This document shows, piece after piece, positions 63,698 to 64,000 of a DNA stretch of 64,000 nt (position 1 is its first letter; each line of letters opens with the position of its first letter). Location of the stretch: contig NC_068983.1 in the NCBI RefSeq assembly GCF_001194135.2, positions 109,500,451 through 109,564,450 of the forward strand, given 5' to 3'. A program made the position numbers and the translations under genes. This DNA comes from Octopus bimaculoides. Taxonomy: Eukaryota. The notes under the pieces are model-generated. The model had not been told where the DNA came from. It made no database searches and saw nothing but the letters and a program-made list of their open reading frames with translations.

Positions 63698-64000
63698 AAC
63701 GGTGGTAGCAGGGAATTGTACCTATCTGCCAGAAGGGAAGCTAGGCGACAGGTTTATTTAGCTAGAGGGGAGGCAGATAAGAAAAGATTTGCCAATGTTC
63801 TGAGCCGTGAGGACCAAAGACTTGAGGTATTTCGTGTCGCAAGACAATGTAGGAGAGAGAATAGTGATGTAGTAGGAGAGAAATGTGTTCGCATGGATGA
63901 TGGTACGCTTGCTCTAAATGAGGCTGCAAAGAAAGAGGTCTGGAGAAACAACTACGATAGATTGCTTAATAAAGAGAATGAATGGGAGAAAGAGAGTCTG
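63698..64000 (+). mobile_element. RTE LINE ORF2 fragment (EN-RT linker), running off the window
   Basis: Open frame NGGSRELYLSARREARRQVYLARGEADKKRFANVLSREDQRLEVFRVARQ...VVGEKCVRMDDG...VWRNNYDRLLNKENEW. Confidence 0.88.

Noticed and set aside
1-64000. CRISPR arrays, rRNA genes, prokaryotic operons
   Set aside because: None seen; eukaryotic repeat-rich DNA with no regular repeat-spacer structure.

Overview
AT-rich animal genomic DNA from a gapped draft scaffold with 13 N-runs, most flanked by microsatellites. The SINE, RTE and mariner content and microsatellite load suggest a cephalopod, probably an octopus (inference, not searched). No complete host gene can be supported; only a few short candidate exons were seen. 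The window is a transposon graveyard: four mariner-type copies, one DD37D-like Tc1/mariner, a near-full-length Tigger/pogo plus a related MITE, hAT and possible piggyBac relics, RTE, CR1-like, Penelope-like and RLE-type retroelement fragments, a deleted CsRn1-like Gypsy element with both LTRs, and many tRNA-derived SINEs. The best lead is a ~550-bp palindromic element at 44979-45529, inserted in a mariner end. Each arm reads outward as tRNA-like Pol III head, (AAT)n, minimal Penelope-type hammerhead ribozyme, AT-rich tail. A second palindrome (7337-7550) and a solo relic (24839-24889) carry degenerate versions of the same ribozyme core. Other leads: a candidate recursive splice site (27132, minus), a tandem SINE array, a templated insertion inside a SINE, a pseudoknot-rich repeat, and several duplications next to gaps that look like assembly or haplotype artefacts. 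All alignments and translations were done by eye; coordinates of degenerate relics are approximate.
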